NCBI GenBank assembly: GCA_037447605.1
Contig: CM074805.1
Location: forward strand, 1,025,361-1,089,360
Direction of reading: 5' to 3'
Length of the DNA: 64,000 nt
Source of the DNA: Zygnema circumcarinatum SAG 698-1b
Taxonomy: Eukaryota; Plantae; Zygnematophyceae
A model generated the notes under the pieces. It saw nothing but the letters and a program-made list of their open reading frames with translations, made no database searches and had not been told where the DNA came from. Positions 30,205 to 42,483 of the stretch are shown piece by piece. Both the position numbers and the translations under genes were made by a program. Numbering within the stretch: position 1 is the stretch's first letter; the number at the start of each line of letters is the position of its first letter.

Positions 30205-33200
30205 ATGGCGGCCGGCCTGCCGGGAGCGTACCTCGTGTACCGCCACGTGGCAGCTGCAGCAGCGCCGCTGGTGCTGCTGCAGCTGCGCTGGCGGGGAGCT
30301 CTTGGGGAGGGCAGGAGGTGGCAGCAGCTGCTTGGCCATGGCTGCCCGCGCAAGCCGTCTGGGCCTCTCCTGTGGTTCCACGCGGCATCTGTCGGTGAGA
30401 GATGCTTAGCCATGGTGTCCTCTTGCAGCTTTCCTGGTTGAGAATGGCAGCACACTGCTGCTGCTGCTGCTGCTGCAGCTGCAGCTGCAGCTGCAGCTGA
30501 AGCACGGAGTATGAAGGTGTCAGGAAGGGGAAGCGTACGGATACCAGTAAACGATGGCAATACTTACGTAGAAAGAAGAGAGAAGACGAAGAGGTGGAGG
30601 TGTTTGTACATGGGAGACTGCAGCATGCATGATGAATTGGCTCTTTAACTTGCAGGAGAATCTGCAGCTGCAGTTCCTATTGTGCAGCGCTGCTTGCAGG
30701 CCCGGCCGGCGGTCCATATTCTCATGACCACACGTGATGTGTCAGCTCTGTGAGTCGCCCCCTCTCTCACCCTTCCCCCCTCTCCCTCTCTATCTCTCTG
30801 CTTCTAATGGTATTCTAGCACAGTGAGGCAATGAAGGGCATCAGCGTTTTCTATCCCTTCCACGAATTCTGGCTTGAAAAGGACTTCATTTCAGAATGAG
30901 AAAATCATCGTCATGTTCAGGTGTAGTTTATTGTCCAAAAGGTTGTCCTGAGCTATGGAGGAAACGAGCACTAAATTTAGCATAGCGCCGTCTACGTTTC
31001 TGGCCAGTCCAGCTAGCTCCATCGTAGATAAAGATCAGCGAGAAAGCGGAGACACCCGAGCATTGTCGCTCATTGTATTCATGAAAAACCTTTTTTTCCG
31101 TAAGTTCAGGAGAGGGTGGCTCTGGATACAGGTCTGTCCTGGAAAAGACCTTCTCGCAAAGGGTGACTTGCCAGGTAGCATATCTAGCTCTCTCTTTCAA
31201 CTTGTTAATAGAAGTAAAAATATTGCGAAGAGCCCAGTTCCTCTTCTTCTATGGTGATCAGCAATAAATATCCTTGGCTACACTACTCTTATGAGACGTC
31301 GTTCGCTTCCAACGCAGCACTTTCTTCAAGAACCTTTGAATTGCCTGTTCAAATGCGTTGCAACTGCTGCAAGCCTTTCTTCTCACAATGCATCCTCTGC
31401 GGACATTTCTGATACAGTTGGCGCCCATTGACACACCGCAAGCTGTGGCGCTTTTTCTGCGCCATTGGAATCCCCAGGCAGGCGTGTTTATGGAGTCCGA
31501 GCTATGGCCCTCACTTCTGCTCTCGCCCTTCCTTGATCAGGTTGTCCATTAATGCCATAGCGCATGTATTCACTTGAAGTACCAATTCTGGAACTTTGCC
31601 TGTTTCTATTGCTTAAAATTTTCTGCAATATTCTCCCGAATGTGTGACGGTCAGAGGATGCAACTGCACCTGCAAATAGGCGGACAGAAGCATTTTCTGG
31701 TTTAGGTTTTCCCTCACCCTGTGTGCACTGGCAGGTACCGCTTGCACTGCTGAATGCGCGCATATCCTCGGGGTCGTTTTCCAGGTGGCAAATTCCGATT
31801 GGGAGGCCACTGGTGGAATGTATGCTTGAGCGGTTTTCGCTTGTGGCACCACCTGTAAGACTGTCATTAGCTCCATGATTTCAGAAAAATATGAGAAACC
31901 TCTTTCTCAACTGTGAAATTGTCATTAGTTATTGTAGCTTATTTTTTGAAATCCTGTGAAACTGCAAGTTGTGACTCTCTGGTGGCGATCTTTCTGTGAA
32001 GCAGAATTCAGCAGAAGGGGTGAAGTTGCAGCTTTTGGGCGCTAATCCGTTTACGTTGCGTTTCCCTGGAGACCTCAAATATGGTATCGCCTCTCGTGCC
32101 CCGTCAGAAGAATGCAGATATGCCTCTTCTTCAATATGTATCTGTATGCTTCACAAAAAGCCTGTACTGCAACTACAGCACCATGATTGTCTCGATGTCC
32201 TTCCTTCCCTCTGCAAAACCAATTGGAATGATATGAATCTGAACCGGGGGTTCTTGATGCAGGGACTTCTGGTGGGCGCAAGAGCGCTGTAAACTCAAAC
32301 GCGGCAGAGGAGCTCAAGCAGCAAATAGGAACCCGCCACGTGTGGCTTGCTGCCAGCACCCATCCTGGAGAAGAAGACGGTAGGCCCTTAACCTTATTTG
32401 GCATACGGTATGAACCGGTCCCCTCCTTTGGGGGGGGGGGGGGGGGGGNNNNNNNNNNGGGGGGGGGGGGGGGGGGGGGAAGAGGAGTTTGCACACAAGC
32501 AACCTCGTATTCGAAGATTCTGTGTTCGAGCTTCCTTGCAGGAGCTGCATACTGAGGGCGTTCTTGGGTCGGCTGGGGAGGGGCCGCTTTCTGTCAGGGC
32601 TGCAGCTGTAGCGCGGGTCCACATAGTGCTGAAGCGAACCTTTGCAGACCTCCTCACAGTGATTGTGCCACGTCATCCTCGACGTTCCAATGCCATCTTG
32701 CAGGTGGGATCGCCATACACATGTAAAGTTGGCATTAACGCATCGACACCTTCTTTCCATTCTTGAGTGAAAGGGCACAGACGCAGAAGAGTGGCCCTTA
32801 TGGAAGGGGTGATGGGAGAGGGGTTGCGCAGACACTTCTTGAGCAGGGCCTCTCTGTTGGACAGCGCTCCCTGCAAGAGCCCATCTCGCCCAGCATGGAC
32901 ATTTACCTCGCCGACACTCTTGGTGGGAGCCCTTGCTTGTTTGCTTCTTCGCTGTTCGTTTCAGCGCAATGCGGGTCGGAAGGTGACATGGCTGCCCTTC
33001 TTGGTGCCACGTGGCAGGAGAGCTACGCATGTTCTATGGAGTCATTCAGGTGGCGTTCGTGGGAGGGTCCCTTTTGGAGGGCCTCCAGGGGCACAATATG
33101 GCGGAGGCAGCCTTGGCGGGTTGTGCTGTCATTACAGGTGACCTATAGGGTTTGTTGGATGCTGAATTCACCACTTGCATTTACATGTGGGTTCGGGGTT

Positions 33201-33671
33201 TGCGGGCGATGGATGAGAGGATAGAGCGGGGCTGGATGAGGTGCACAAAGCTCACATCGAGTAAGATTGCCTGAAATGGCAGGGCTTCATGTAGGGCACT
33301 TTGCGGGAATGGTGGCGGAGCTGCAGCGGTTTCACACTCGTGCTGTCTATCAGGTTGGCTGCGATCCTTGTTGACAGAGCACCTGAGAAACCGCGAGGAT
33401 GTGGAATACAGAGATAGCGCCTATCCTTAGTGGCGAAAGTCTAAACGCACTATTTTCTCTGCTCAATGCGATCTTTCAGGTGAAAGATGAGCAGGAACTG
33501 CTGGAGAGTGTTGAGGAGCTGCTGGGGAAGGAAACGCAGCTGAAGGAGCGAGCCATGGCTGCAAAGCGCGCTGCAGAGTTGGCAGCTGCAGGTGTGACGG
33601 AGCGCACTTTCGCAGCGCTTGAAGCCATGGTGCTCAGGCCTGCCTTTGGAGAAGCTTCAGAGGAGGCATGA
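30205..33671 (+). CDS. KDTA: 3-deoxy-D-manno-octulosonic acid (Kdo) transferase, GT30 (WaaA/KdtA-like)
   Basis: LLWFHAASVGE, QLAPIDTPQAVALFLRHWNPQAGVFMESELWPSL, WLAASTHPGEE, TVIVPRHPRR, DIYLADTLG, and an end at ...PAFGEASEEA* (TGA 33669-33671). An N gap lies in an intron at ~32448. Confidence 0.93.
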
Positions 33672-35836
33672 TGCCCTTGAGTGACAGAATCAATATATGG
33701 ACCTTTAAATGAACGCGAAGGTGCAATGCACATAAAAATGCGTACTGTATAGGTATGCGAGCATCGCCAAATGTAGCTACCGAAAATAAACAGCGAAGGC
33801 AAGCGGACAAATGTAGTCCTTTGTGACCATGGAATGAAATTCTAAGAGCTTGAATTAGAAGCTTGATGCGGCAGCCAAGCAGGAGCCCCTCTGACTTCTT
33901 GACGAAGGTTCAGGGCACCCGTGGTCGCCAGCCGATAGGGAGAGGGTGGAAATATCGCCTGATGCTTCTGTGGGATCGCGATATATCGAACTTTACGGTA
34001 ACAACAAAGCTGCCGCCCTATTCCCTTCCGCTGCCTGGAACCTTCGCCAAGTGAACGCACGCTGCTCCTCTCAGGGCGTGCGCGCTGACCCTCCCTCCCT
34101 CCCTCCCTCCCTCCCTCCCTCCTCCTCCTTCCCTCCTTCCCACAAGTCAAAGTCCAGTCGCGGCTGGGTGGCTGGCTGCACGGCGGCTCCCATCGTTTGA
34201 CGTTCTGATTACCGTACCGTCATGCCTCCAAATAACCTAAAATCATCATCTTTTGACATTTCGGCGAGTGTCGGCCTCCCCCTGTTCGAGAGTCGTCGGT
34301 GGGAGTCCCCCGCTCGCCGGAGGGAGGGAGGGAGGGAGGAAGGGCCACGTGCGAACGTACAGATCGTGCTTTTCGGACGGTTCGGTCAGTTGGGTCGCGA
34401 ACCGTCCGTCGCCCGCTGAGGGCCTCTGTCTGTACGGACGACGTGCGCGGCCGTGCGGGGTGTACGGTTGGTTTGTACGGAAGAAACCTGGTTTCTGACT
34501 GCGAGGATGATACCTCCCAAATGGAATTTGCCTTGGGTTGCCCTGCTACAGGGGGATGCCAAATGCAAAGCTGCGCTTGCGAGATGCGGGGAAACCTTTT
34601 TTTACGCGAAATTCTCAGATGTGGGGCAAGAGCATTGAGTGCCAAAGTGGGAGAGAGGCTAAAATAAACTCGAAAAAGAAATTATTCAGGGGATGGCACA
34701 TCATCATGTCCACATACAAAGCATCCTGAGTGGTCTGCACATGAATCAAAAAATTTATCCAACAATGTTTCCATCCTCGAGCCGCTTTCGGAGGGTCTCT
34801 CTCCCTCCTTCCTCTCTCTATCTCCGCGCTCCGCAACCTGAGAACAAAGCTTATTATTGCTTTACAGGATTTTGCCTGTTCTCGCCCTCCCTCGCTCCCT
34901 CACTGCCGCCTCACTAACCTAAAGACAGCGCCGCTTTCCCTACTCTCGCTCGCTGTACAGAAATAAAAAAACAAATTGAACAAACAAATTTTGGGTAAAC
35001 TAGGTCTACAACAAGGGAGAGCCTCCAAGGTCGCCGACAGACAGACCGACTCAGCCGCCATGACCTGACCTTCCAGCGCTGCAGAGAGAGAGAGAGAGAG
35101 AGGGAGAGAGTGCGCCCCCCCCCCCTTCCTCTTCCTCGCCTCAGTATTGAACACCCCAATTTGGGAAAATCGCGCATTGTTGCGGATCGAACCGATGAAA
35201 GGCGGAGGATTATTGTTGGCGCCGCAGTCAGTCGATGAGTCAGTCAGTTCGTCAGTCAGTTCCATCGACGATGATGATGATGATGATGATGATGATGACT
35301 GGCTAGAAGCCTATGAAGGTGCAAATGGGCCCCATCAGAGAAGTCTGAGCCTGACATATTTGCGGTTGACTTTGTGCCATCCTGCAGGCCACATACAGAT
35401 AATCGACAGTTAGCTTCAACAAAAGATTATGAATAACATAATACGCTCAAGCGCATCATCATATGAAAATGTCATACATACAGGGAACAAGGGCAAAGAA
35501 ACAAAGGAAGACGAAGCGTACCTCAGCAGCTGGAAAGTTGAAGGCTGAAAAAATTGAGCACTTCGTCGCCATCGTCAGCACCTCCAAGCTCGCTCCGCAT
35601 TATCCATTTTTTTGTGATAAAACTCTAACTATGCACTACCACTCAGCTCCGATTTCCAAAGGCATCACCAGCACACTCTCCCTTCCTTTCCTCGAACTCC
35701 GCTCTCCCTCCCAATCCCTAACACCGCTACTCTCCTCATCCCGGACGCGTCTCCTATTTTTTTTTCCATAAATTAAACCGCGGTTATTCCTTCTCCAAAA
35801 CCGCCCTCTCTCCTGCCTGCTTCCAGAAGCAGCCTT

Positions 35837-37875
35837 TCAAGCCCCCATTCCCCACATGTTCAAGAGGCTTCCAAGACATCGTCCATGGCTTCCGCCCACA
35901 TTACTTGAGACAAGCAGCTGCTGTAAAGTCACTGGCGTCGCGTGCCCCCCCGCCCCCAACAGAGAAACAGAGCTCCCCTGCTTCTTCCACGTGGCAGAAG
36001 CAGATTGGCACCCCAAGAACTGCGGCTGCCCACGGGACTGGGTCACGACCGCGTCCAGCTCGGACGCGGGAGCGCCACCTGGCAGCACGTGATTGGTCAG
36101 CGCGGAGCTCGCGACTCCCGGATTGGTCAGAAGCTGAGCCCCCATGTCTGGGGGCACCACTTCTAGGAGGGCGCCGTCAGGGGGGACTCCCGGGGTTAAG
36201 GGCAGCCATCCCCCCCAACCCTCCAGCTCAAGGGCAGCAAGCTGGGATACGTATTCGCTCGGGGAAATTCCATGGAACGAGCCCAAATTACTCTGTGATA
36301 TGTCTGTCAGAAACGAGTTTTCGCTCTCGTGTAGGGACCCATGGTTGGCTTCAAGCTTGGAGCCATTCGACTTCTCGAACAGTTGGGAGAGGTCGCCATC
36401 CATGGAGTTCCCTCCGAGAATCTCATTCAGAAGAGAGTCAATGACTAAGCTCTCATCCATGTCTGCATTGTAATCAGTCCGCCATGGCTGCGAGTTTCCG
36501 ACGGTCTGAACTGCAGCAGCACTGCTCAGCAGCCCTGCAGAGCTCCCCTGAGAATTCAGTATGGAGTCAAAGTCTAGAATTCCCCCCTTCTGCAGACACT
36601 TCCCCCCCATAGTCCCCTCGTGAGCTAGCTCCCCAGCCATGGCTGCAGTCTCCCCCCACTGCCTCTTCTCCAATACCTCCTCTCCAACATCAATGAGAAG
36701 GGGCTGCTCTGTCGGCCATGGCCAGAGCTCCGCATAAGCTACTAGTCGACCCTCTCCTCCGTTCACTACCGTCCCGCCTCTTTCAATCTCACAACCTGAG
36801 TTCGAGTTCGAGTTCGACTCTGCGGCGGGAGGCCCTTCATGGCCGCCGGTCTTTTCGCAAGACGAAGAGGGGCTGTCCGCATTGTGCACAGGCGCGACGC
36901 CGTCGGAGCTCTCGCCATGGCGGCCGGTGGTGTCGCTCGTCAGCCCGGACGAGCTCGAAGAGGCCATCGCCTTCCTCTTCCTGCACCCCCCTCCCTCTTC
37001 TTCCGCGAAGCTCCCACCGCTGTGCGCCTGCACCTCTGAGCTGGTCGCCTGTGTGATAGCAGCAGCAGCAGCAGTGGCGGGAGAGGCTCCGGGAGAGGCA
37101 GTGGGAGAGGCTGTGGGAGAGGTAGTGGGAGAGGCCGGGGGAGAGGCCGGGGGCGGGTGCAGGGGGTGGAAGAGTTGGTGGCGCGCGGGCGGGGCCGCGC
37201 GCGGCGCGTGGTTGTGGAGGTCGGCCTGCGTGATGCGGAGCTCGCGGGGGTCCTGCGGCCGGAAGTCGATGGTCTTCTTGGCGGGACACCCGCGCTCGCG
37301 GTACATGCTGCACCGGTAGTAGTTTCTGCACGCACAGGGAGGGAGGGAGGAGGGGGGGGTCGGAAAGGGGAGAGGGGAGGGGGGAGATGGAGGAAGTGGA
37401 GGGCGGAGAGGGGAGAGGGGGAGAGGGTGGGGTGGGAGAGCGAGAGGGGGGGAGAGGGGTGCGGGACGAGGGAGAGGGGGAAGGGGAGGGAGGGGAGAGA
37501 GAGGGGGAAAGCTGACGAGAGAGCAATGTGAGGGAATGGTGAGATAGATACCTGCGGTTCTGCGTGCCGCGAATATGCTTCTGACCGTACTTGAGCCACG
37601 AGAAGCCGTCGTCAGGGACCTCCAGGTTGCCACCCAGCTGCACAGTTTTCGGCCTGCGGACCCAGCCATGGCAACCGCTCGCCTCAGCACACTCTCCTCC
37701 CTCTCTCTCACTCCCACTAGCCCAAATTGCTCTGCTGAATGCAAGGGCCCCACAGTGCAGCAACTGACCTCTTGAGCGGGCTGCCGTCGGGCGTGATCGC
37801 CACGACGCTGTGCACCACTGTCTCCGCCTCCCCCAGCGCGCCCTCCTCCCGCCGCAGCCACCCCGTCACCTCCAT
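35837..37875 (-). CDS. WRKY-family transcription factor, variant WLKYGQK (WRKY-A)
   Basis: Exons 37875-~37770 (MEVTGWL...GSPLKR), 37653-37552 (QLGGNLEVPDDGFSWLKYGQKHIRGTQNRR) and 37325 onward (NYYRCSMYRERGCPAKKTIDFRPQDPRELRITQADLHNH), followed by a long acidic Ser/Gly-rich tail. Alternative 3' splicing could extend it to 35256. Confidence 0.88.
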
Positions 37876-40800
37876 GGCGCCGCCGCCTGCTCGCTGTCTG
37901 CTGCTGCCACGTGTCCCTTTCACTCGCCCTAATTGCCCATGTCCAGAGCCTCTCCCTCTCTCGGTCCCTCTCGCACTCTCTCTCACTCTCTCTCCCCCTC
38001 CCTCTCCCTCTGCTCAGGAAGGAAGGACGGAAGGAAGTTCCGCGGCGGCGGCGGCGGCGTACTGTTTAAAGGGGCGGCCCGGCGGGCGGCGGGCGGCGGC
38101 GGGCGGCAGCGGGGAGGGCGGGCGGCCGTACGGGCATCATGGCTGCATTTAATGCGCAGCACGTGGCGGGCCCTCGCCGCGCCGCCCCGCACGTGACGGC
38201 CGGGCGGCCGGCCAATCCGCGAATTCTGCCAAGACGGAAGCCCAATGGGAGGGCCGATTTACACGTGTTAAATGCGCCGACCTGGCGGGCCCACCGCGAG
38301 GCACGCGCGGAGATCGTGCGCGGCGCGCCACGTGTGAGCCGGACAGCGCTGGGGCTGTCAACTCTATTCCGCGCCCGGGTCGCGACAAACGCGCAATGAT
38401 TGCGCCGTGCCGGATGCGCGGGGCCGGGGGGGCGGGGCGAGCCAGGCGACGGGCAGGCGGAAAAAGCGGGCAGGCGGAAAAAGCGGGCAGGCGGAAAATA
38501 GGAGGGGGGAGCCTGGAATATGCGCGGAAAGATTTTTCTGGGCGCGGCGGGCAGGGGCGGGCGAGCCACGTCAGTTAGGGCAGGCGCCGCTCGTGCGGCC
38601 CTGCGGCTGACGTGGACGGCGTGGGCGCCACGGCGGCCCCAGCTCGGACCAAAAAGAATCCGAATCCGACGTGGCGTGAAAACGGATTGGCGGAGCGTCC
38701 GAGGACAAAAATATCGACATCTCGCGATTGCGTTTTTATCCTCACGATTTTCCTCCGCCAGTTGCCCGGCTGCCCGCGCGTCACGTCGTGCCAAGGCAGG
38801 CGGGCGGCCTCCTTGCCGACAACCGTTTTCGTACAACTGTTTTGTCGCGAAGCGGCGGTCGTCCCTGGACGGGTCTTTCGCGCGCCCGCAGGCGGTGCCG
38901 CCCGCGGCGATTGGCCGACGCCGGCCGGAAATCGCGGCCGTCGACAAGGGCCGGCAGCCGGGGCCGGGGACGCGCAAGTGACAGGGGGTGACGTCACTTG
39001 CCGGACAGCGCCGGCCCGCGTGCCGTACGGCCGACCGCGCGAGTGCGCCCTCGCACCGGGCGGCCGTACGGCAGAAATCGCCGCCCGCTAATGGGACAGC
39101 CCCGGGCGGCGGCGCACTCGATTGTGGTCAGAAATTTTTGGCTTCCGGGCAGCTGGCGAAGGAATTTCCCGGAGGTGATTGCATCTGGGCCGTCCGATTG
39201 CGTGCCCGGCCAGCTCGGACGGCGGCAGGAGGGCCGCCCGGGGGCGAGCGCACTAACAGGCCAAAAGGGCCCGCCCGGCGGCCAGCGCGGGGCGGCGCGT
39301 GCGGACGACGCGGCCCTGCGTCATGTACTACGTAAAGCGCGTGGCCGCGCTGGCCGGTGCGTGGTACGGACAACAACTTTGGGCGGCAGCCAGCGCGGCG
39401 CCGCGCCACGTGGTGGACTGCGCGAGCGCAAAGCCTGGCGGGCGGGTAACCGCGGGGATCCACCGCGCGAGGGGGCGGGTCCACTTGGGCGGCACCGCCA
39501 TGTGGCAGTGCACCTGGCGCCAGGCGACACGTGTCGCGGCGTGGGTCGCTCCGCGGCGGGCCACGGCCACGCGCGCGCAGAGGGCATCCAAGTGGACTCG
39601 CGCGCGCGCGCGGGTCCGCGTGCACCGTACGGCGCTCGGGAACAAATGGACCGTACAGCCCCGCCGCGCACGTCCTTTGCCCGCCGCGGCGCTTCGAGGA
39701 GCCGTACAGTTGTTGATTGTACGGATCCCAGCGCCGGCCGCCGCTTGACGGTGGTGCCGTAACAAGGGCCGCAAGCAAGCAAGCATGCAAGCAGCCGAGG
39801 AGACCGGGAGTGGACCGGCAAGGCGGTTCAGTGCCACGCGTCCACGCCATCAATGTTGCTGCGTAAACGATGTTGGAGTCTTCGAACAAGAAATTTTCGC
39901 GGTTAATTGAACGTATTTTTTGCAACGAAATTGAACCGCATGTGTGAAGTGCATTACGGCGCATGCTTCAATGGCTCGCAGCCATGCATGGTCGGACCAT
40001 TGCATTGTTTCCCAACCATTGGCTTCAATTGTTGCCAATCATTGGAGTCAATTGTTGCAAACCATTTGACTCAATTTTTTCGAACCATTGATTTGCGCAA
40101 ACGTTCTAATGGTACGGTAATGTAAAACCAATCACTGGTTTCAAAGCTTGCAAACCATTGGTTAGGGACTTAGCCAGCCAGTATGGGCCAATGGTTGATC
40201 GGGCCATTGGAGCGGCAACCATTGGCTAACTGTTGGACGGCGATTCGCAAGTAGTGAAATGGCAACCAATTGGATGCCATCGGGTACCGTTGGCCATTGG
40301 CGTCCGATGGTTCTGACCATTGGCCATGGTCCTACGCCAATGATTCGCAACCACTTGAATGGTTGGCAACCACCAGCATCCAATGATTTCGACCATTGGC
40401 AATGGTTGGCTAGTCCTACGCCAACGCAACCATTGGAAGGGTTGGCAACTAATATACGTGGTTAATTAGGTTCCCAACCACTAGTTGACATCCATGCCAA
40501 TGGTTGGTCCAATGGTTCCGCCGCGTTGGAGCGCTCCAGCAGCGTCGGTCCGCGTCCTGCCCTCGCCACGTGGGCGGAGCGGGGCGAGCGGCTCCGCTGG
40601 CCATTCTAAGGGCGCGACTCCATGGACAGGTTCACCGTCGTGTGCGACGGGCGGTTCACGGACTCCATGGCGGCGCGCTGTGTGCCCGACATTTTTTTTG
40701 CCAAAACGCGCCGCGGATTGAGCTAGATCCACAGCGATGAAGTAACGAGCGTTTACCAATCGCCTTCCGTCACGTGGCATTCAAGGATCGCGCTGGCTCG

Positions 40801-41039
40801 CAGCCGTCGATTGACCTACGCTATCGACGGCCCATATCGCACGGTGGCGTGACGTGGCGACCACGTGCCGAGCGCTGACTGGAGCAAGCCATCCAGAATG
40901 CGCGGGAACTGAACGGCCGAGTTTGGCGGAACTGGCCGCATGTAGCACGGGAAATCTGGGGCCCCGAATTCCACGGTACGGTACCGGCGGTAGCTTTGCG
41001 TTGTTGCTTTGCTTTGTTCCAACCCTCATCCCTTCCCCT

Positions 41040-41105
41040 AGTCAAGTCAAGTCAAGTCAAGTCAAGTCAAGTCAAGTCAAGTCAAGTCAAGTCAAGTCAA
41101 GTCAA
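41040..41105 (-). repeat. (AGTCA)13 pentanucleotide array = 13 tandem W-box (TTGACT) motifs on the minus strand
   Basis: A at 41040 followed by 13 x GTCAA (41041-41105). Confidence 0.9.
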
Positions 41106-41219
41106 AGGCAAAGGCAAAAAGGCAAATGGGTTCCTAGCAATCAGAGGCCCGCCTTCGGGTATGAACTTGGGGCCCGCTGCTGCCGTATGTAGGGATGGCT
41201 TAATTACGACTATATAATA

Positions 41220-41920
41220 GGGGGCGACTATTTACAGTGTACGGATTCTGAATGTAGTGTACGATTTCGCCGGGCAGCAAAAAAAATCATTTTTTTGGTT
41301 GCCCGGCGCTGTTTCATACTTTTTAGAATAGATACAGACCTATTTTCGTCGGATGTACGGATAGTGATTTGAAATGTACCAAGCGCGCGCGTCTACAAGG
41401 TAGAACAACGCAACACGTGGAGCGACATGATTGGTGCGGCAACATATGACGTGACAAGTATGTTTGGGACCGTGACGTGACGAAACGAGACGCGACAAAA
41501 GTGGAGTCCGCGGACGGCAGTCGGAAATGGCGGGAATAATAACTGACAGATTTTTCCTGAAACACGCTACGTTATGTGCCCTATCTTTCTCTGTCAGTTT
41601 TAATTCCGGCCATTTCCGACTGCCGTCCGCGGACTCCACTTTTTTCGCGTCTCGTTTTGTCACGTCACGGTCCCAAACATACTTGCCACGTCATATGTTG
41701 CCGCGACCAATCATGTTGCTCCACGTGTTGCGCCCTTATACCTTGTAGACGCGCGCGCTTCGTACATTTCAAATCACTATCCGTACATCCGACGAAAAAA
41801 GGTCTGTATCTATTCTAAAAAGTATGAAACAGCGCCGGGCAACCAAAAAAAGGATTTTTTTGCTGCCCGGTGAAATCGTACACTACATTCAGAATCCGTA
41901 CACTGTAAATAGTCGCCCTC
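41220..41920. mobile_element. Non-autonomous foldback TIR element (~330-bp arms, short loop) with 8-bp TSD ATATAATA
   Basis: The left arm GGGGGCGACTATTTACAGTGTACGGATTCTGAATG... is the near-perfect reverse complement of the right arm ...CATTCAGAATCCGTACACTGTAAATAGTCGCCCTC. ATATAATA occurs at 41212-41219 and 41921-41928. Confidence 0.9.
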
Positions 41921-41975
41921 ATATAATATATATTATATTATATAACTGTGACGACTAGATAACGGCTGTTATATA

Positions 41976-42422
41976 GGAGAACTATATACCGCCCCCCTTT
42001 TTTTGGTTATCCCGCCACTGTTTTTTTGAAATCCGACCCTCCCATTTCGGCTATTCTGCCCCCCTCCCCCATTTTGGATATTTCGGGAGGTGATCGCCCC
42101 CCTATTTTGAATATTTCTTTCCCGCCCCTCCCGTCCTCTCCCTCCCNNNNNNNNNNTCCCCTTCCCTTCCCTCCCCTCCCCTCCCCTTTGCTCTCTCTTG
42201 TGCTCTCTACTCTAGTCTCTCTCTCCTTTGCTCTCACTCCTCTGCTCATTCTCTCTCTCCTTTGCTCTCTCCTGTGCTCTCTACTCTAGTCTCTCTCTCC
42301 TTTGCTCTCACTCTGCTCACTCTATTTCTCTCGTTTGCTCTCTCTCTCGAACGTTGCGCTGATGTGTGAGAAGGAGAAAACGGGGGGGGGTATCCAAAAT
42401 GGGGGGCGGTGTATAATTTTCC
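41976..42422. mobile_element. MITE-like TIR element with 8-bp TSD GTTATATA
   Basis: Ends GGAGAACTATATACCGCCCCCC... and ...GGGGGGCGGTGTATAATTTTCC. GTTATATA occurs at 41968-41975 and 42423-42430. It has a CT-rich interior with an N gap. Confidence 0.8.
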
Positions 42423-42483
42423 GTTATATATTACTTTACAACGCCTTTACAACATGTACGGTCGGACGGTCGTACGGTCGTAT

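Noticed and set aside
32428-32478. Poly-G/poly-C runs (also ~61650-61705) as biological repeats or poly-Gly coding
   Set aside because: They flank 10-N scaffold gaps and are likely assembly or sequencing artefacts.
22007-33671. Uridine kinase-TTL-SDH-KDTA as a biosynthetic gene cluster
   Set aside because: The enzymes belong to unrelated pathways (pyrimidine salvage, purine catabolism, polyol oxidation, Kdo transfer); this is ordinary gene adjacency.
38000-40800. Numerous overlapping 60-300 aa ORFs on both strands
   Set aside because: They are Arg/Ala/Pro-rich stop-poor frames expected from very high GC, with no recognisable domains.
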